From: Candidatus Latescibacterota bacterium
GTDB taxonomy: Bacteria > Latescibacterota > UBA2968 > UBA8231
Length of the DNA stretch: 64,000 nt
Assembly: GCA_965248265.1 (NCBI GenBank)
Contig: CBDFJF010000002.1
Location: 3,104,001 to 3,168,000 of the forward strand
Direction of reading: 5' to 3'
Under the pieces are notes generated by a model that saw only the letters and a list, made by a program, of their open reading frames with translations, searched no databases and was not told the origin of the DNA. Below are positions 62,404 through 64,000 of the stretch, one piece after another (positions within the stretch are counted from its first letter, which is position 1; every line of letters starts with the position of its first letter). A program made the translations under genes and the position numbers.

Positions 62404-64000
62404 ATGACCGGTCTTAGTCAATCGATGGCACCGCGGTGCCGTCGTTCACGTTTTGGAATCCGCCCGGTCACGATAGTCTTGACGGTGATGTCGGCGATCT
62501 GGCATCAACCGACCAGTGCGCAGTTGGCTGAGGAGACCTACCTGGTTGAAGCAGAGCGGTTCTTCGAACGCGGCTTGGAGGTATACGACAAAGAGGCGTT
62601 CGACAAGGCACGCGTCCAATTTGAGAAGATCAGTGAGCTGCCCACCAATCAGAGATCCAGTGCCGGCCTGCTGATGCTGGGGAGAACCCTGTTCCGACTG
62701 GGGCAGTATGAAGAGGCGCGCCAGGTGACGCGACGCCTGGAACGGGAATTCGAGGGAAGCCGCTACAGCGCGGATGCCAGCCTGATCATGGGGGACGCCT
62801 TCTATCAGGAGCAGCGTTTCTTCGAGGCAGCCAGACGCTACGTTCGTGTGCTGGGCACACCGTCCCCCCTGAGAGTCCAGGCCAGCGCAGCCGAGCGTCT
62901 TGCCGCCATCGTCAGGAACGGGGACATCGATCCCCAGGGCGTCGACCGCCTTCGCATGATAACAGGTCCGGCTCTGTTGCGAGACGCCCTGCTCTTTGGA
63001 GACGCACGCTGGTACGCTCGTCTGGGTTGGAGGGAACAAAGTCGAGTTGCCATGGGAACCTATCTGGGTGCCCTTCCCGACGGAGTCTTTGCGCGATTCG
63101 CGCGCAGTAACCTGGCGGGAGATGGTGGCTGGGTGCCTGCGGCGGAGCATCTGACACAGCCACCGGCCCCTGCTCTTGAGCCGGTTGAGGCGGACTTTTC
63201 GCCGCGACCCAGTGCCCCACCAACCCGTGTCGGCCTCAGGATACCATCACTGGCCGATGGGCTGTCGGAGCGTTCGCGAGTGAGGCCCTTCTCGCTCACC
63301 AGCGAAGAGCTCAGCTTGTCGACCCGGCCGCGCCTGGGGATCATTCTGCCGTTGAGCGGAGATCAATTTCCGTCTGCCGAGGAGGTGCTGGACGGGATCG
63401 TCATGGCGAATGACGAAATGGGACAGCCATTCGATCTGATCCTGGCAGACACCGGACACGATTTTGGTACGGTGCCGATCAAGCAGAGCGAACCCAGCCG
63501 GCTCATCCACACGGTCAGGGTCGCCGAGGAGCTTATCGATCGATGGGGAGTCGTGGCCCTGATCGGTCCTCTCTTCAGTACGTCATGCACGGCGGCTGCC
63601 TCCGTCGCGGAAGCCGCAGGCGTGCCCCTGATTTCGCCGCTCGCGCAACAGAGCGGTCTGGACTCGCTGGGACAGTATATCTTCCAACTGCGCACAGTAC
63701 CGGAGGTACAGGGTCAGGTGTTGGCTGAATACGCCACCCTGGTTCTTGGGTTGCAGACCTTTGCTGTTCTGTCGCCTCTGACCGACTACGGCTGGAACTT
63801 TGAGCGCGCCTTCAGCGCCTCGGCGCGTGCCAACGGGGGGGTGATCGTCCATAGCGACTGGTACCACCCGGATGCTACAGACTACCAGGCGCAATTTGAC
63901 TCGATCAGGATGGCGGGTTTCGAACTGATGCCCTCTCCCAGCAAAGAGGATAGTTTGGCCGTGCTGGATTCGCTGTCCCAAGCCGTCCTCGACACCTCGC
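62404..64000 (+). CDS. TPR plus periplasmic binding-fold protein (LpoA/LppC-like), truncated by the window end
   Basis: Absent from the ORF track. My translation gives N-terminal TPRs, then LGIILPLSG...ALIGPLFS...GVPLISP...YIFQL...DYG in the same frame. Confidence 0.8.
   Translation, partial: MTGLSQSMAPRCRRSRFGIRPVTIVLTVMSAIWHQPTSAQLAEETYLVEAERFFERGLEVYDKEAFDKARVQFEKISELPTNQRSSAGLLMLGRTLFRLGQYEEARQVTRRLEREFEGSRYSADASLIMGDAFYQEQRFFEAARRYVRVLGTPSPLRVQASAAERLAAIVRNGDIDPQGVDRLRMITGPALLRDALLFGDARWYARLGWREQSRVAMGTYLGALPDGVFARFARSNLAGDGGWVPAAEHLTQPPAPALEPVEADFSPRPSAPPTRVGLRIPSLADGLSERSRVRPFSLTSEELSLSTRPRLGIILPLSGDQFPSAEEVLDGIVMANDEMGQPFDLILADTGHDFGTVPIKQSEPSRLIHTVRVAEELIDRWGVVALIGPLFSTSCTAAASVAEAAGVPLISPLAQQSGLDSLGQYIFQLRTVPEVQGQVLAEYATLVLGLQTFAVLSPLTDYGWNFERAFSASARANGGVIVHSDWYHPDATDYQAQFDSIRMAGFELMPSPSKEDSLAVLDSLSQAVLDTS

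Overview
Bacterial chromosomal window of about 60% GC by eye; protein styles suggest an FCB-group lineage such as Latescibacterota (inference only). About 30 kb (23.6-54.2 kb) is the core transcription/translation supercluster: greA, tRNA-Gly/Thr/Trp, rpmG-secE-nusG-rplKAJL-rpoBC, str, S10, spc and alpha operons. It has several rearrangements: rplC (L3) is missing from the S10 operon and sits alone at 6.7 kb, there is no tufB after tRNA-Thr, and adk/map/infA are absent after secY. The left arm carries a TPR-TonB_C protein, pyrK-pyrD (Ser instead of Cys at the catalytic position), envelope and housekeeping genes, an orphan ATC-initiated infC, zapA flanked by two candidate structured RNAs (one under a promoter with tandem NrdR-like boxes), a YdiJ-like oxidase plus LarA racemase pair, ygfZ and sbcCD. 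The right arm carries rlmD, an unknown protein, a frameshifted PilZ-like protein, a sigma54 activator with an atypical receiver, a ClpX-like ATPase and an LpoA-like protein cut by the window edge. No CRISPR, transposase, integrase or rRNA genes were seen.
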